Notes: generated from the sequence alone by a model not told the origin. A stretch of DNA of 64,000 nt from Rhynchobatus australiae (GCA_034780895.1 JAUZTB010000127.1:66379231-66443230); one strand, 5' to 3'; shown: positions 1 to 13,940, numbered from the stretch's first letter. Made by a program: numbers and translations.

Positions 1-2460
1 TGAGGTCATAGACCATAGGAAACAGAAGGAATAAAATTTGAGTGCTTTCTGTTTAAATAGCAGAGCTTCAAAGGAACCCCAGTTTAAGAACTCTTTTAAG
101 CAGTGAGGTTGAAAAATCTCACTGCAGGCTACTGATAACATAATTTGGGGGCATTTTGCATCTGGTAGAAAAAAATATGACAAGGCAGGAAATATTAACT
201 GCCAAAAAATTGGGAGTTGAATTTTCTGATGGGACTGAAGGTATTTTAAAGGGGCATGATGTTGCTATACCATCTTCAGCTAATTTGTAAAGCGCAGTCC
301 AGTTTTTTTGCTGGTGTATAAGGGAACTTCTTGGCCTTGGTTGAATATTGGAAGGTCTCCCTGCAGATGTGCAGGCACATAATCTCATGAAGTGGAGGCC
401 AATACTGGTTTAATTTCTTTGTGTGACTGTGGCTTTCAGGGTCTCTCTCAATGCATCTGTCTCTTATGCTTGTGCTGCATTTCCAAGTTTCAGCAAGTCC
501 AGTGTTAGTACTGTTGTTAGTGGTATCTAAATTCTAAGCTGGCAGAGGATCTTGGTAGAATTCTCAGTGGTGTTCAGTTAGTTTCAGAATGAACAGCTGG
601 TCTCCTGTGTTCTACAGCAGCTGCAGGTGGGAATGTGAGTGGCCCTTTAAATTGCTAAGCTACCGAACAGACGGCACTATGAAAAGCCGGTTGGTTTATG
701 AGTGATCAACAAAAAGCAAGATTTGGAAAAACTTCACAGAATTTCACAAAACAATGGCATTTTTTTTAATGTGTAACTTTTGAATGATATCTCTGGGTGT
801 ACATCTAGTGCCAGAAATATGTCATCCATGCAAATGTGCAGTCGGAATAGGAGTAGGCTATTGTCCCCGTGAACCTGTTTAAGTATTAAATGAGATCATG
901 GCTGAGCTGAAGCCATATATCTGCACTATCTCCACTGCCTTTTGGGTTGCTTGCTTCCATAAAGAGAAAGTACTGTATACAAGTTTGAAAAGTTCTGACA
1001 GTGAGGGAGTCATTTCCATGCTGAAAAGAAGGGGATTTTGTGGAAAAAGTGATCAGATTTTGCACAGTTTCAAATAGATCAAAAGTTATTTCAGAAAAGG
1101 TCTGGGAAAAATTGAGGAAATGGTGATCAAATCTCATCATGTTGCCTAAACGACTGCACTCAGCAAATCTGAAGTGAATTCATCAGTGCTGCAAAATATT
1201 CCATATACTTTGAAGTATTTGTGCCGGAAATGATTAGGTCAGGACATTGGCTATTCCCCAGTGGAAGGCCTATTTAGCTGTATACTCTTTAATCTTTTTA
1301 ATGAAGTTCTGAAACCTTTGCGAGGATGCAACACTTTTTTAGATGAGGATAAAAGTGATTCATAAACATTTCATTTCTGCATTTTATCCTGGATCATGTT
1401 TGGCTAGTGCATCATCCTATCCTGGCTAACCTATGTTCATTCTTAGTGCCCCATATTTAAACCTTTTCTTGACTGTATTTCAGTCTCTGTAATGTCATCT
1501 AATCGTGCCAGCACCTTAATACAAGTACTTGGTTCCTCTTGTATATTGCCCTCATGTTTCCTATTTGTTAGTGGTCATAATTTCAGCCCATGCTCTGAAA
1601 TTAATGCATTCTATCTCTATATCATCACCTGCCACTTTTGGTCATCCCAGCAAACTCTCTCTCTTTTTGGCTTGGCATCTTTATTTCCTCGTATGGTTTT
1701 TTTTACATAAATTCAAATTGTTCTTGTGGCAGTACATTAAGGGGCTTAAAATACTTGAGCACAGCTTTTTGCGAAGCCATTCTTTCTTTGAGAAATATTT
1801 ACTCAAAACTTAATGATTTGTCGCATCTCCGGGTCATGTTGCATTTGATAATGATTAAAGCATTTCCTTCATCAGCCAAGTCTGCAAAAGTTGCATGGCA
1901 TCCCTATTGCCATGGTTAGATATTCAGAGCAGTCACTGTACTGTGAGCTGTCAGAACGCCAAATGTAGCTGTGCAGGGTGGGGAGTCTTGCAGCTGGCAT
2001 AGTTTTAACATGTGGCTTGACATGCAGAAAGACAGTTTTTTCCAATGTTCCTTGTGCCAAAGAATTACTTTGGTAAGGTACATTTGCTGCGCTAATTGTT
2101 GGGCAGTTATTGATGATATGTGCATCTGACAATTTCAAATTCAGCTGCAGAGTAAATGGAGGATCATTTGGTTTTTATGTCAATGAGGCTTGAGTGTAGC
2201 CTGGCCACCCTGTCTCCCTGATAAACTTTGTATAGTTCTTGTTGCAATCTTGATTTCCAAGCAACTGTCAACTGACCAACTTAGCAGCACTTTGAAACCC
2301 ACTGGCAAGAAGCAAGTAGAACAGGGATCTCAAATCCTGCCTGCCATTTAATGCTGTTAAAATTTCATTTCAGCGATATACCAAAGCAGCTATGTTATTC
2401 CATTCAACCAATACTGGAATTGCCGATTGCTACCTTAACTTGGCAGGTCTTTGTAGTTGT

Positions 2461-2672
2461 ACAGCATGGTAACAGGCCCTTCCGGCCTAGCAAGCCCACA
2501 CCACCCAATTACACTCACGTTAACCTCCTAACCTGTAGCTCTTTGGAATGTGGGAGGAAACCCACACAGTCATGGGGAGAATATACTATCTCCTACAGAC
2601 AGCAGCAGGAATTGAACCCCAATTGCTGGCACTGTAATAGTGTTATGCTAACTGCTCTGCTAATGTGCCACC
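2461..2672 (-). mobile_element. tRNA-derived V-SINE (HE1-like), degenerate
   Basis: Contains the V-domain reverse complement tgtgggaggaaacc...cacacagtcatggggaga, a B-box reverse complement (ggaattgaaccc) and a CR1-like tail (acaggcccttccggcc). Confidence 0.75.
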
Positions 2673-5600
2673 CTGGTGGTCTGGCAGACTGTAACAAGCT
2701 ATACTCTTCTTGAGCTAGAAGTCCATGTGAATTGGTGTTTGCTTTTGTTAATTATGCATTACTTATTTGCAGTTACGTTGTACTCTCCATTATCCCTTTT
2801 CAATGTTTTCTGCCTTCTCTGGTCTCTTGGAAATCGCAGACTTTGCTACTCAGAGGGGAGTGAGGCAGAGTCCCCTACGTCAACAGAGCAGCAGCGTGTA
2901 TTTATGAATTGTTAATATAGTGGAAGATCCTGAGGTGTATAAAAGGAGCATTATCAAACAACCTTTGAGCCACAAACTAAGAAACTAGGACAGGCATCCT
3001 TAAGCTTGGCCAAAGGATTAGTTTATAAAGAGCATCTTAAAGGAAATTGCAGTGCAATGAGAGGCTTAAATTGGATCACTCTGCTTTCTGTTGATTGAAA
3101 CTCATGGGACTGGAAATTTCTTTCCACAACTCCAAAAAGAAAACAGCACTCCCCTGTTGAATATTGGCAAAACCCCAAAGAGTAATTTTGTACTCATTTC
3201 TTTGTGTCTTAGGGCCTGTTTTCAGACTAGACTCCGAATTTTTTAGCAGGATTTCATTTGCTTTGACACTTACTTTTCCCTGCCGTGTAATACCCCAGCA
3301 AATGATATCAACAGCATTGAAACACAAATTGGTCATCAGTCAGTATCCCTTGCATAACAAATACACTTCTTGCAAACATTGCCTGTTCAGGTCCCTGTAA
3401 CTTCCTGGGTGCACTTTCCCACCTTCTTCTACAAGTGCAGCATCATTAAGTAGTAATGTGCTAAGGGTGTTGCTTCTACAATGGTCTATCTCTATCTCCT
3501 GTCTGCAGAGATTCCACCTGCAAGGCTAAGTACCAGAGATGTGAGAACTTGTAATAAATCAATAGGGAATGACATACTGAAACTGATGCAGCGTGTGTTA
3601 CACAGAGAAAACTGACAGTGCTGTTCTGTGGACTTCGCAATTAAAGCTCTTGATTTTTGTGATGTTTAAAACACCAGTGGACAACTCAATGCTCTTTCAA
3701 CATCGTTAAAGAGTAGTGTAGCTATTTTAGTCCAGGGATTGCGAATCAACATTAAGCTGCCAAAGTGTGACAGTGATGTTACCAGTGATACCGTGCTCTG
3801 TTGGGTAGAATTCTGAAATGCAAGGAGGCAACAGTGGTGATCTGACGAGTACAGCATTGTTTTAGGCCACAAGTCTGAGATGTTTTTCCTTGTTATTTGC
3901 TGTTTTTTCAGGAAGTTGGAACAATTTAATAGAAGAAAAGACTGGAAAGCACATATTTGGAGAACAAATTCCTGTACCTCAATCCTCAAATGTCTAGATA
4001 TGTTCATGGGGCATACTTGTGGCTAACCTTCAGAATGTCCAAGTATGTGTGTTGCATATGAGCCCAGCTGGTAGGTAAACGCTTGGGTTGGCAAGTAAAG
4101 GAGGCAGATGCAAGGTGATTGGTAAAGGAACCAGAGTGGAGCTGAGACTATTTTTCCTAGTAAGATGCACCTTGGAATAAAGTATCTGAAGGGTTATGGA
4201 AGCAGATTCATTAGAAACTTTCAAAAGGGAATTGGACAAATATTTAAGGGATCTATTTGCAGGTCTGTGCAAAAGAAGTAGGGAAACGGGACCAATTGGA
4301 TGGTGTTTTTTTTCCCCAAAGACCTAACACAGGCACAATGAGTCAAATGGCTGCCTAAAGGGCTTAAGATCCTGTTAGTTTTCCATGTATCCTGCAATAG
4401 CTCCATTCCAAATGCTCTGGAACATCAGACCAGCCAATTTGCAATGTCTGACCCCACCAACATAATATGCGGGAAAATGTTCTTGAGCGGCATGTAATTT
4501 GGTTTCCTGGGTTTGGGCGGCTCCTGAACAGATATGAAGTCACACTTCCTTCTTGTTATTTACAGTGGAGACTTTCCAGGCCACTCCCTCTAATACTGTT
4601 ACAAGGTTGGCTTGAGAGGGAGCATTCATTGCATTCAGGTTTACGTATTGCCGGTAATACTGATGGGTTAATGGATGGCAACTACCTAAAATCTAATAAA
4701 ATAATAATGGACTCGCTGGAAAAAAAAGAGAAAAATCATGAAAAGAAATTGTAAAGGAAGTACTTTTTAAAAGATTTTCCTTGGGTTGATAAAATACAAT
4801 TACTAATAAATTTATTAGATTTGTCATTATTTTGCATGATTTAGATTTTTAACGTTCATGGAATTGAAACTGGTATAATTACATTACTTCAATTACCCGA
4901 ATCTTCATCTGGCAATTTCGCTATTATCCGTTTAACTGGGTGGAATTATGAGATTCCCAAGCGAAGTGGATGTTCTGAGCTACAGCACAGCTGATCACTG
5001 TTGCTTTGCTACCTGCACTCCACTGCTGGACTTGATTGTGGAATCCAATGAGGGGAGTGGAAATCAGCCCGCTATGCAGGGGCGCAGTGATTTCATCAGG
5101 AAGAAATGGCTACAGTCAACTACAAATTAACTTCCTTTTTGATTTAATATTGAATTAATTTAAGTGTTTTCCTGAATTGTGCTGTAGTTTTCTATGTTTT
5201 CTATTCAGTATTTTAATTTGTTTAATTTATTATTATTAATGTAATACAATGGCCAAACTATTTGACAGTGGGTAAGCTGGGGAGAGGGCTTCACCAACGC
5301 TCAAAGCAATTCTTGGGGGCAGGGCCCATCTGTTGCAGAGGTGCTGCATTGTACTGGGCCGTGTCTATCAACTGGGAACCAGCTTGCCAGAGGAAGACTG
5401 CACCTGGAAACCTCTATGGGCTTCAAGGATGTGACTGGTCAGGTTGGGTGGGTTGCTGGTCAGCAGAATATGCAGGCCATTGTGTTTCAAAATAAAATAC
5501 ACATTTTAAAAAGTGCATTGAATAAATAAAATTATTTTTCTGTTTGATGTTCCTATTGACTTACTACATGTTTACTGACAGCATCCATTCACTACATGTA

Positions 5601-7779
5601 GATGAGAAGTTTATTTTCATCCCATTTGACTCATGCCCATTATGTGGGAATATTAGGGGGATGTTATTGAAGTACAACTCTTGATCCAAGTTACCCACCT
5701 TGTTATTTATTGTCTGGAATGTAAAAAGCTGCTTAAGGTCTAAGTTGTATTTACAATTAGGTTAGTTCCCAGTAATGCATTTTTTGTGTTGGGCAGAGTA
5801 TTTGCTGCACTCTGTGGCAATCCCTTTTCTNNNNNNNNNNNNNNNNNNNNNNNNNNNNNNNNNNNNNNNNNNNNNNNNNNNNNNNNNNNNNNNNNNNNNN
5901 NNNNNNNNNNNNNNNNNNNNNNNNNNNNNNCCTTTTCTCATGGGTAGATTAGCTGACTGTTCCATAAGGCCATGCTGCAGTTGGCTGAATGTATTGACTG
6001 GACATCTACAGAGAGGCCTTTGTGAGGTGCCTGATGCATGCAGCAGGCTGCTTTTGATGGGGGGAAAGCTATAATGAAGCTTCCAGTTTTTATAGTAGAA
6101 AATTTCTGTGTCTGTGTACATCTCGAATGGTTTGGACTGATTTGACCTGTTCCTCTGGTACAATTCAGGTCTTTTTTTTTTAAAGACCCACACCCTTTTC
6201 AGCAGCACCTGTGAAAAGCATACAGTGCAATTTTTCAGTTCTCCTGCAATAAGTTCATACCCTTTTCTCATTACCTTGGCAACCATTGGCTCGCTGTCAA
6301 ATGAGAAAATGATCCATGGGATTGGACACCAAATCTGACCTCAAGTACAGGAGGGGCACTATATATTTGGAAATAAGTACAGTGTGTATTTGGGGGAGGG
6401 GTAGTATACTAACTAGCTTGATGCTTGTGTGTAGAGGCAGCAATAATAAAGCAGGGAAGTGTGTAGAATTCTGCAGGATTGTATTGGCACAGGGGCAGTA
6501 TGTAGGGGGATATGGCAAGGCAATATGTGGAGGGGAAGGGAAGCACAGATTTTGAAAGGAGAAATTTGCTCTTTATTGCTTTATAGTACAGTCTCTCCTA
6601 TGGTAATACTTATTCCATTTTTTGGTGGAGAATTGGGAATTTTTTAAAATGTGAGATAGTGATATGAGGACCTGCTGCTGCTGGTAAGCTGTTTCTTTAC
6701 TTTGTACAAATGTCACTATTAGGGCCTTAGGAACACACAGAATATGCCATGGTTTCCTGTTGGCCTTTGTTGTTTTTGGTGGTTGTAGTAACTCTGGGCT
6801 CTTTTGATGGCTATCTCCATTATGAGTCTTCCCTTGCTGTGCATTCCCCCCCCACTTGTATGACTCTTATTTGGGGAATGTAACACTGTTGATACTTGCA
6901 GTTTGTAATCATTGTGTAATTTAGTAAAACAGTGATCAGCTCAGTTTAGCCATACTTAATCTACACAATGAAAGACACTATTGCTCAGAAGTATGTGGTT
7001 TTGATTGGCATGTATTGACTTTGATTGGATGTGATTCATTGACCCAGGAAGCTCTTTGATTCCATGTCCAAATGGCTGGTTATTAAAACAGTAAGTTGGG
7101 CTCTGTCTGAGATGACCCTCATCCAAAACTACACCAAAAGGGTATCTGTAGAGTAGGGGGAAACCTAATATTCATCAGTTGAAGACGTAGAATAGGAGGG
7201 GGGTGTGGTGGAAATGTTTTAGTTAAATTTTGTTAGCCCTAAGGCACTGGGACCAGTTCTCGTGCTGTTATTCCCATTCCAGCTGATATCTATCAACTCG
7301 GTGGAAACCTGTTATCTGCATGACTTTGTGGTACAATATTGAATGCTGGGTTTGAAGTTAACTGCAGACTGAAGGAACTCCTCAGACAGAAGAAATCTTC
7401 AGCCAGTATCCAGTTCTTTAGCCAATTACCCTCTTGTTTCACTAGCGTGATACATGTTGCTTGTAGTCACCATTTGATTAACCAAATTAAATAAAGTCTA
7501 AATGTACTTTCTCTCTTGGATAGTTAAGGGGTTAGTTTCTGAATTAATGATCAAGGTCTTAAATAGGCTTGTTGCAGAATGAACATTGGTAAACTTCAAT
7601 TTGAAGCTGAGGTAAACTATTAAAAATTCCTTCCCTGTGTTAACAAGCCATGAAAATTAATTTTCTGCCGATTGTGGGAAATTGGACCTGACTCTTGCCT
7701 TTATTTTAAAAATCATTACATTACTGGCAAGTTACATTTTTTGCAAATAATAAAGTAAATGTCAAATATTACTTGAAAT

Positions 7780-8240
7780 GCAAACAGAAAATGCTTGATA
7801 TACTCAGAAGGATTGGTAAAATCTGCAGAGAGAACAGTTAACATTTCAGACACATGACCTGCTTTTGAGTATAATTTTATCTGTTTAGTTTTAGATGCAG
7901 TGTGTAATAATTCAAAAGAGTAGCTTCCACCTATCACCTCCATCATTCCCCGTTTTTCCCTCACCCACCTCCCCCTCCCATCCAGTCTCATCTGCCTATC
8001 ACCCCTCTTTTTTTACTCCCTCCCCCCACGGCACCTGGATCCACCTATCACCTGCCAGCCCTTGCCCCATTCTTCCCTCCACTGTTTAATACTGGCGACC
8101 TCCTCTATCTTTCAGTCCACATGAAGAATCTTGACCCAAAACATCAACATTTCCCTCCATAGATGCTGCCTGACCTGCTGAGTTCCTCCACTGCTTCCTG
8201 TGTTGTTGCAGATTCCAGCATCTGCAGTCTCTCATGTCCA
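7780..8240. mobile_element. Penelope-like pLTR remnants (minus copy ~7780-7860, plus copy ~7930-8240)
   Basis: C-rich tract followed by cagtc..atgaag..gacccaaaacatcaac..gatgctgcctgacctgctgagttcctcc..gattccagcatctgcagtc, the same tail that follows the GIY-YIG remnant at 49523-50292. Confidence 0.7.
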
Positions 8241-9859
8241 TATAATTTAAGATGTCAAGTTTGCTGCACCATCTGAAGTCCTACTTTTTGAAAAGGATAT
8301 TCAACTATTTGCCTTCGCAGGGACTCACTTTTGAAATAATGCACAAAATTGGGATGTGGCCAAACTTTGCAAGTCTGGCAATTTCAGTAAAGTGAATAAA
8401 AATGTGCAATCCTGGAAACACTCAACTGGTCAAACAGCATCTGTGGAAAGAAAAACAGTTAATATTTCAGGTTGATGACTATTGCCACTCTTCCAACAGT
8501 CTGATTCAAAACTATTAAGAGCCAATGATCTAGAATTTCCTTTGGTTTAATTTCAGCAAAATGGAGACTGCTAACTTGGGCTCCTGCCAAACTTTTTGTG
8601 TCTCAGGCCTTTGGTTCTGTTATGCTTGATGCTTGATGCCTAATACCTTGAAGAAGCCAGAATGCAGCACTGGCCCATGATGGTCTGTGTAATGTCAAAC
8701 AGTGTTAGACTTTCAGTATTATACCATACTTGAATATTGTATTGCTTCAGGAGATTAGTACCAAATACCATTTAAGAAGGGATGTGAGGATTTTTCCTCC
8801 TCTGTCCCAGACAACTTTTATTGAAATGTAGTTTCTTAGAAAATCTTTTGCATGGTGCTGGTCTTTTCAGCACTAGGTGTTGGATGACATAATAATACAA
8901 TAATGTGGTTTTCTCTCTAATATTAGACTGGACACATGCTGCCATGATTAGCACCTTCCCAAATGACCAGATTCCCTTACACTATCTGCCATATTGTGAA
9001 ATTGCAGTTGACCCCCACCTTATGGGTATTCTGGTAATAGAAATTTGCCCTTGCACATTATACAAATCACTGCTCAAAAGTTTGAGATACAGGATAAAAT
9101 TCACTCTCATGGAACTTGTATGGGGAAAAAAGTAAATAAACACACAATACATTTAAAAATAAACACACTAGACACAAGCACTGATAATGTACCTTCACGT
9201 TACAGAAAATCATGTACTGATTCTTTGCAATGCAACCCTCCCCTGTAACATGGCTGTTGCCTGCAAACTGAGATCTATATTGTAGGGCATAAGTATACTA
9301 TATTGTAGTTGCATTCATCACTAATACAAGGAGAATACAGTGTATCATTGGTGAGAACACATGGCACGAGACTGGAAGATCAAATTGTTGATCTGTGGTT
9401 CTTAATCTAGAAGTCTACTTAGCAAACAAGATGTAATCATGGTAAAGAAAATGTAGATTCTATTGAAGATTCAGGTACTGAATTTGAAGGGAAAATAACA
9501 CTTGGCGTGATTGTGGAGAAATGACTGATACTTGCACAATTTCAGCACACACTGGGCTATTGATTTTTCTATAATAATATCAAGATTTTGCATGTTAAAA
9601 ATGACTTAAAATGAAGAAATTATGAAAATTAAAGCTCAAGGGGATGAACATTTTATAGTGTGCTTTGTTTGCTGCTTTCACAAGGACACCAAGAACTTCA
9701 TAAATGTACTTCCTCCTGCTGCATTAATTCCATACCTCTTTTCCCTAGGACAACTAAGTTGCTGTTTAATTGCCTCAAGCATATAATCACAACAGGCACT
9801 CTAAAAGCACCTAGTTCTTCAATCACATTGGTGGTTGACGCCACCTTCCAGATCTACAA

Positions 9860-11700
9860 GCAGTGACTGGCATTTGATGATGTCACGTGACCACAACTCT
9901 GTCTTTGCAAATTGTGGTCCATTATCAGTAACTGGGGTGACGACTTTTCAAATCTTGCAAAGGTTATTTGAAGTTCTTTTTCAAAATGCAGCCAGTTGTA
10001 GGTGAAGTACATCCAGCCACATCAGTAAAGTAACTGAGATAGCATTGATGATCACTGGCAAAGATCAGCACAAAGCTCCACCCTTGGCCTAGCCACAATG
10101 TTTTACCTAAGAAGAGGTTCTTACTTGGCAAATTTTGATCTACCAAGCAAATACCATATTTTGAAATATGTTGTTTATGCTCAGATGATTTATTTCATAG
10201 ACCAACAGAGAAAGTCTCACGTGACAGTTACAACTTTTGAAACCATTGTACATTGAGCAATGGGCACTAGTTTTTTGTACAACACATCTACCACCATAAG
10301 TTGATGTCCTTTTGAATATTATGTTTTCTTGTATAGTTAATAAGTTTTGAAAGTCAAAGTGAGAATGGAGACATTCGGGCACCTCCAGTTTATTGAATAA
10401 CAACTTGTAGTTACTCAAATCTGGTATCATCTTCGGTTGCATAATAAATGTGTTCACAAACTGCTTCTCTAATTGAAAGTGGTTTATAATGGTCAATTTC
10501 TTCCAAAACCACAGAATTAATTTTTGGCAAGTTTGTCTTGTTCAGTTTATCTGCCAAAATCATCATTTCTACTTTTTATATATTACTTTCAAAGGAAAGT
10601 TTTGTGATTTCGGCAATGTTCTCTGCAAACTTGTATGTGTCTTATTTTGTAATCTGAGAACTTCTTCCAATGGTCGATTTTCTGTTTCAATGTTCACTAT
10701 GTCCCATCATAGTTAAATGGTCCTGACCTGTCACAAGCAAACACAATTGTTAGGAGCTCTTTCTTAATTTGTGCATGCCTCATTTCTTCTCTTGTTAATG
10801 CCATAAATGCACAAGGAGAATTTTGTCCATTCTGCATCATTGTTGCTCCAATTTCCATCTGAGACGTATCACCTTGTGAAAGTTAACTTTTCTTTATGAT
10901 GATAAGATCTAAAACCCATCTTAGACACTACAGCTTCAAATTTTGCAGCACCACTTTTTAAGACGCTCCGCAAAACCACTCTTGTTAAATCTCTGAGCAT
11001 CTTTTCAATGCCTACGTATGAATATTTGAATTCTAAGTGGGAGTAGGCTACTCAACTCTCAAGCATGCACAGCCATTTAATGATATCTGATTGTAACTTC
11101 AACTCTACAATTCCATCTACCCTCATGAACTTTCACCTCCTTGCTTCTCAGGAATCTATGTACCTCCGTCTTAATATTCAAAGGGTCTGCCTCTGTGGCC
11201 TTCTGAGGAAGTGTCCCAAAGACTCATGATCTTATAGGAGAAGAAAATGGGCAGCCCCTAATTTTAGATGAAAGAGAAATTTACTTGGATCTTAGATCCC
11301 CACTGCATCAGTCCATATTGGCATCTCCAAACCTGCTTTAATTATGGCTGTATCTGTCCAAAGTTCATGGCATATTGCAGTACGTTCAAAAAAACATGAC
11401 TTCTTGCCTCTGAAGGTTCTCTGTATTTGGCACCATGCCAAACTTGCTACACTTTTTGACAAATGCATCTCAGTGTTTCTTGTGGTCTTCAGATGTTTCT
11501 TCCACCTTTACTCATAAACCTGCAGCTACAAAGTCATCAGCAATGACCTCCCAAGAGGTTTCTGGAAAATAATTCAAAGTGTCAACTGTTCATTTAAACT
11601 TGTTTTGCAAAATTCATTTATGACATCTAGAATTGTAAACATTTCAGCACTCTGTATGTGTGCATCCATAAGATTCATCACTGGCAGTGGATACTGGAAC
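9860..11700 (-). mobile_element. Gypsy/Ty3 LTR retrotransposon pol fossil (RT-RNaseH-integrase), interrupted by a CR1 fragment at ~11035-11265
   Basis: Minus-strand translation gives an RT-like FGMVPNTENLQR (~11410-11445), RNase H DTSQMEIGATMMQNGQ...EEMRHAQIKKELLTIVFACDR (~10725-10870), and integrase FARF...VTDNGPQFAK (~9905-9962). The RT-RH-IN order is Gypsy-type. Many stops and frameshifts. Confidence 0.75.
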
Positions 11701-11971
11701 TGCCCATCTGTGTGAGTAACCAGACATAGCACTTATTAAAGAATATAAAATCTACACTGCCATCCAGATCAGAAAATAGGATAAGAAACAAACACACAAC
11801 CTAAAATGAACATTGAATACAGGAGTGCAAAATAACATCATGCACTTTATTTGTGCTAGAAAGTCTTCCTTGAAACCATGAAAGAAGATCCAAATCTAAA
11901 AGAAAATATCTTGAAACAAAAATTCATTCTGGTTGTTAGAAGATAAGAGATCCTCTCCTTCCTAAGCTTTT

Positions 11972-12011
11972 GACTCCTATTCATGCTTCAAGACTCCTAT
12001 TCATGCTTCAA
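11972..12011. repeat. Perfect 20-bp tandem duplication
   Basis: gactcctattcatgcttcaa x2. Confidence 0.9.
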
Positions 12012-12202
12012 CTCCTACAGCTTGACACTTCTGGAATAAAAGCCACAGGATCACCAGGAAGTGAGTGGAGAATCCATGTGCTTACTCTAATTGCAGTTTT
12101 GCTGACTGTACCATCCTAGAGGCTGCAGCCTGCACTGATCAGNNNNNNNNNNNNNNNNNNNNNNNNNNNNNNNNNNNNNNNNNNNNNNNNNNNNNNNNNN
12201 NN

Positions 12203-12359
12203 ATGTGGCAGAGAGATTCTCAGGGACATAAAAATCCACAAATTTTCCTGAAAACTTCTCTCCATTCCAGACAAGGAACCCATGGAGTAAAGTTTCGGGA
12301 AAACTTGTGGATTTTCATGTCCCTGACAGCATGTCAAAAAGAGAATGTCTCTGCCACAT
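12203..12359. repeat. Long imperfect inverted repeat (hairpin)
   Basis: 12220-12265 pairs with 12282-12326, and the outer atgtggcagaga (12203-12214) pairs with tctctgccacat (12348-12359). Confidence 0.9.
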
Positions 12360-13729
12360 CTACCAGGATGGAACTAAGGGACTATGCACATAATTCCTTT
12401 TTATTTAACTGGGATCCATAGCGAGAGGTCAGTGTAACATGGTTCATCTTCCCTTTCGCTCATGTGGACCTTATGCAGAAGCTCTTTAAGGACTCTGCTT
12501 GTCTACAGAGGAGAACACAGTACACTGGACGTGACCTTTGGGGAGCTACTAATAAATGTGGCATAACAAGACCCAGAGGCAAAGGAAACATAAACACTGC
12601 AGGTGTATTGCAGACCTTCCGACCTTCCAACCTTCCCAAAATTTTTATTATTTTAAGGGGCTCAGTGATGAAGGTTAATCATATTGATTGTGCACCAAAC
12701 CAAGTCCGCTTCCCCATTACAGCTGTGATGATGGGGATCCATCAGCAGGGCCAGTGCTATTTTATTTCAATTAAATGCATACATTAAAGAGTTTTGCAGG
12801 CACTCACGTTGATAGATGTGTCAGCACTTGCAATTTACATAGTGATGTAATTGTCATCAAGATAAATCTCAAGAAATTTTTTCAGTCATTACTTGAATTA
12901 CAGAAAGCTCTCACCATAATGGTGAAGTGCTTATCCATTTAATTGGACTATATATGCAATGACTTCTATTATTGAAGGCATCTGATGGGAGCCTGAGCTG
13001 ATAAACTTGATGAGTGGAATGTTTTGCATTTCCATAGTGCTATTTGCATAAATACCACTACTTGTAAGCCTGATATAGCACTTTTGTCATCAATATCAAC
13101 CGAAAAAAATGCATAAAGATCTTAACCTTGAATTAACACATTCCTTAAGAAACATGACTATTTTTGTAGATGCCCCCAGTGATGTAGATTAAACACTGAT
13201 GTTTGTTTCGGTGCATGATCAAGTGACCCGTGCTGGAAAAGGGGATGGCTTTAGATAGAAAGATGTTATGGTTGACCATTTGACACAGGACTTGAGGTAT
13301 CATGAGGGATCCACTGTGTTTTCTGCCAATTGAATGGGAATCCTAAGCAGCCAGGGTACCTCGCCTTGTAGGAGCATTAAGACCTGAAATGGAATTTTGC
13401 ACCATTTTTTGGTGCACTAAACGCATGCTGCAGAACAGGTTAACAACCAATCAAATTCCCCATAAACGTCACATTGGCTAAGCAATGGTATGGTGGTTTA
13501 CACCGCTGCTGAATAGGGCTTTGTGATTCCTAACAGGTCCAGGCTCTTCAACTGTAGCTTCTGACAATTTATGGCACAACTCTCTGAGAAGGGCATCAGT
13601 CCTTTAAGGCACATTTCCCAGAGCAGCCGGCTAGTAGGAATGTCCACTGTTGCTGATGTGGAGGAGGCAGAGACTGCAGAGGATTTAGAGAGTTCCACGA
13701 GTGAATGAAAGAGACCTGATAATCCCATC

Positions 13730-13940
13730 AACTATATGAAATATACATCAATGATTTGGACAGGAGAACCAACTGTAACACTTCTAGGTCTGCCGATGAC
13801 ACAAAACTGGGTGAGATTGTGGAGGAAGAACCAACAGAACTTCATAGCAACGTCGACAAGTTGGGTGAATGGGCAAATACATGGCAGATGCAGTACAGTG
13901 TGTATAAACATGAGGTTATCCACTTTAGTAGGCAAACAAG
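13730..13940 (+). mobile_element. CR1 LINE RT fragment
   Basis: ADDTKLGEIVEE...DKLGEWANTWQMQYSVYKHEVIHFSR matches CR1 RT domains 5-7. Confidence 0.85.

Noticed and set aside
4467-4754. 95-aa ORF as a possible upstream KLF exon
   Set aside because: No KLF similarity and no convincing splice donor.
5762-6286. 174-aa ORF spanning a gap
   Set aside because: Its length is inflated by 100 Ns; ccttttct on both flanks suggests an overlap, and there is no homology.
7064-7096. ATG...ATTAAAACA|gtaagt as an alternative first coding exon
   Set aside because: Good donor, but the peptide (MSKWLVIKT) has no convincing KLF similarity and the site lies next to repeat-like sequence.
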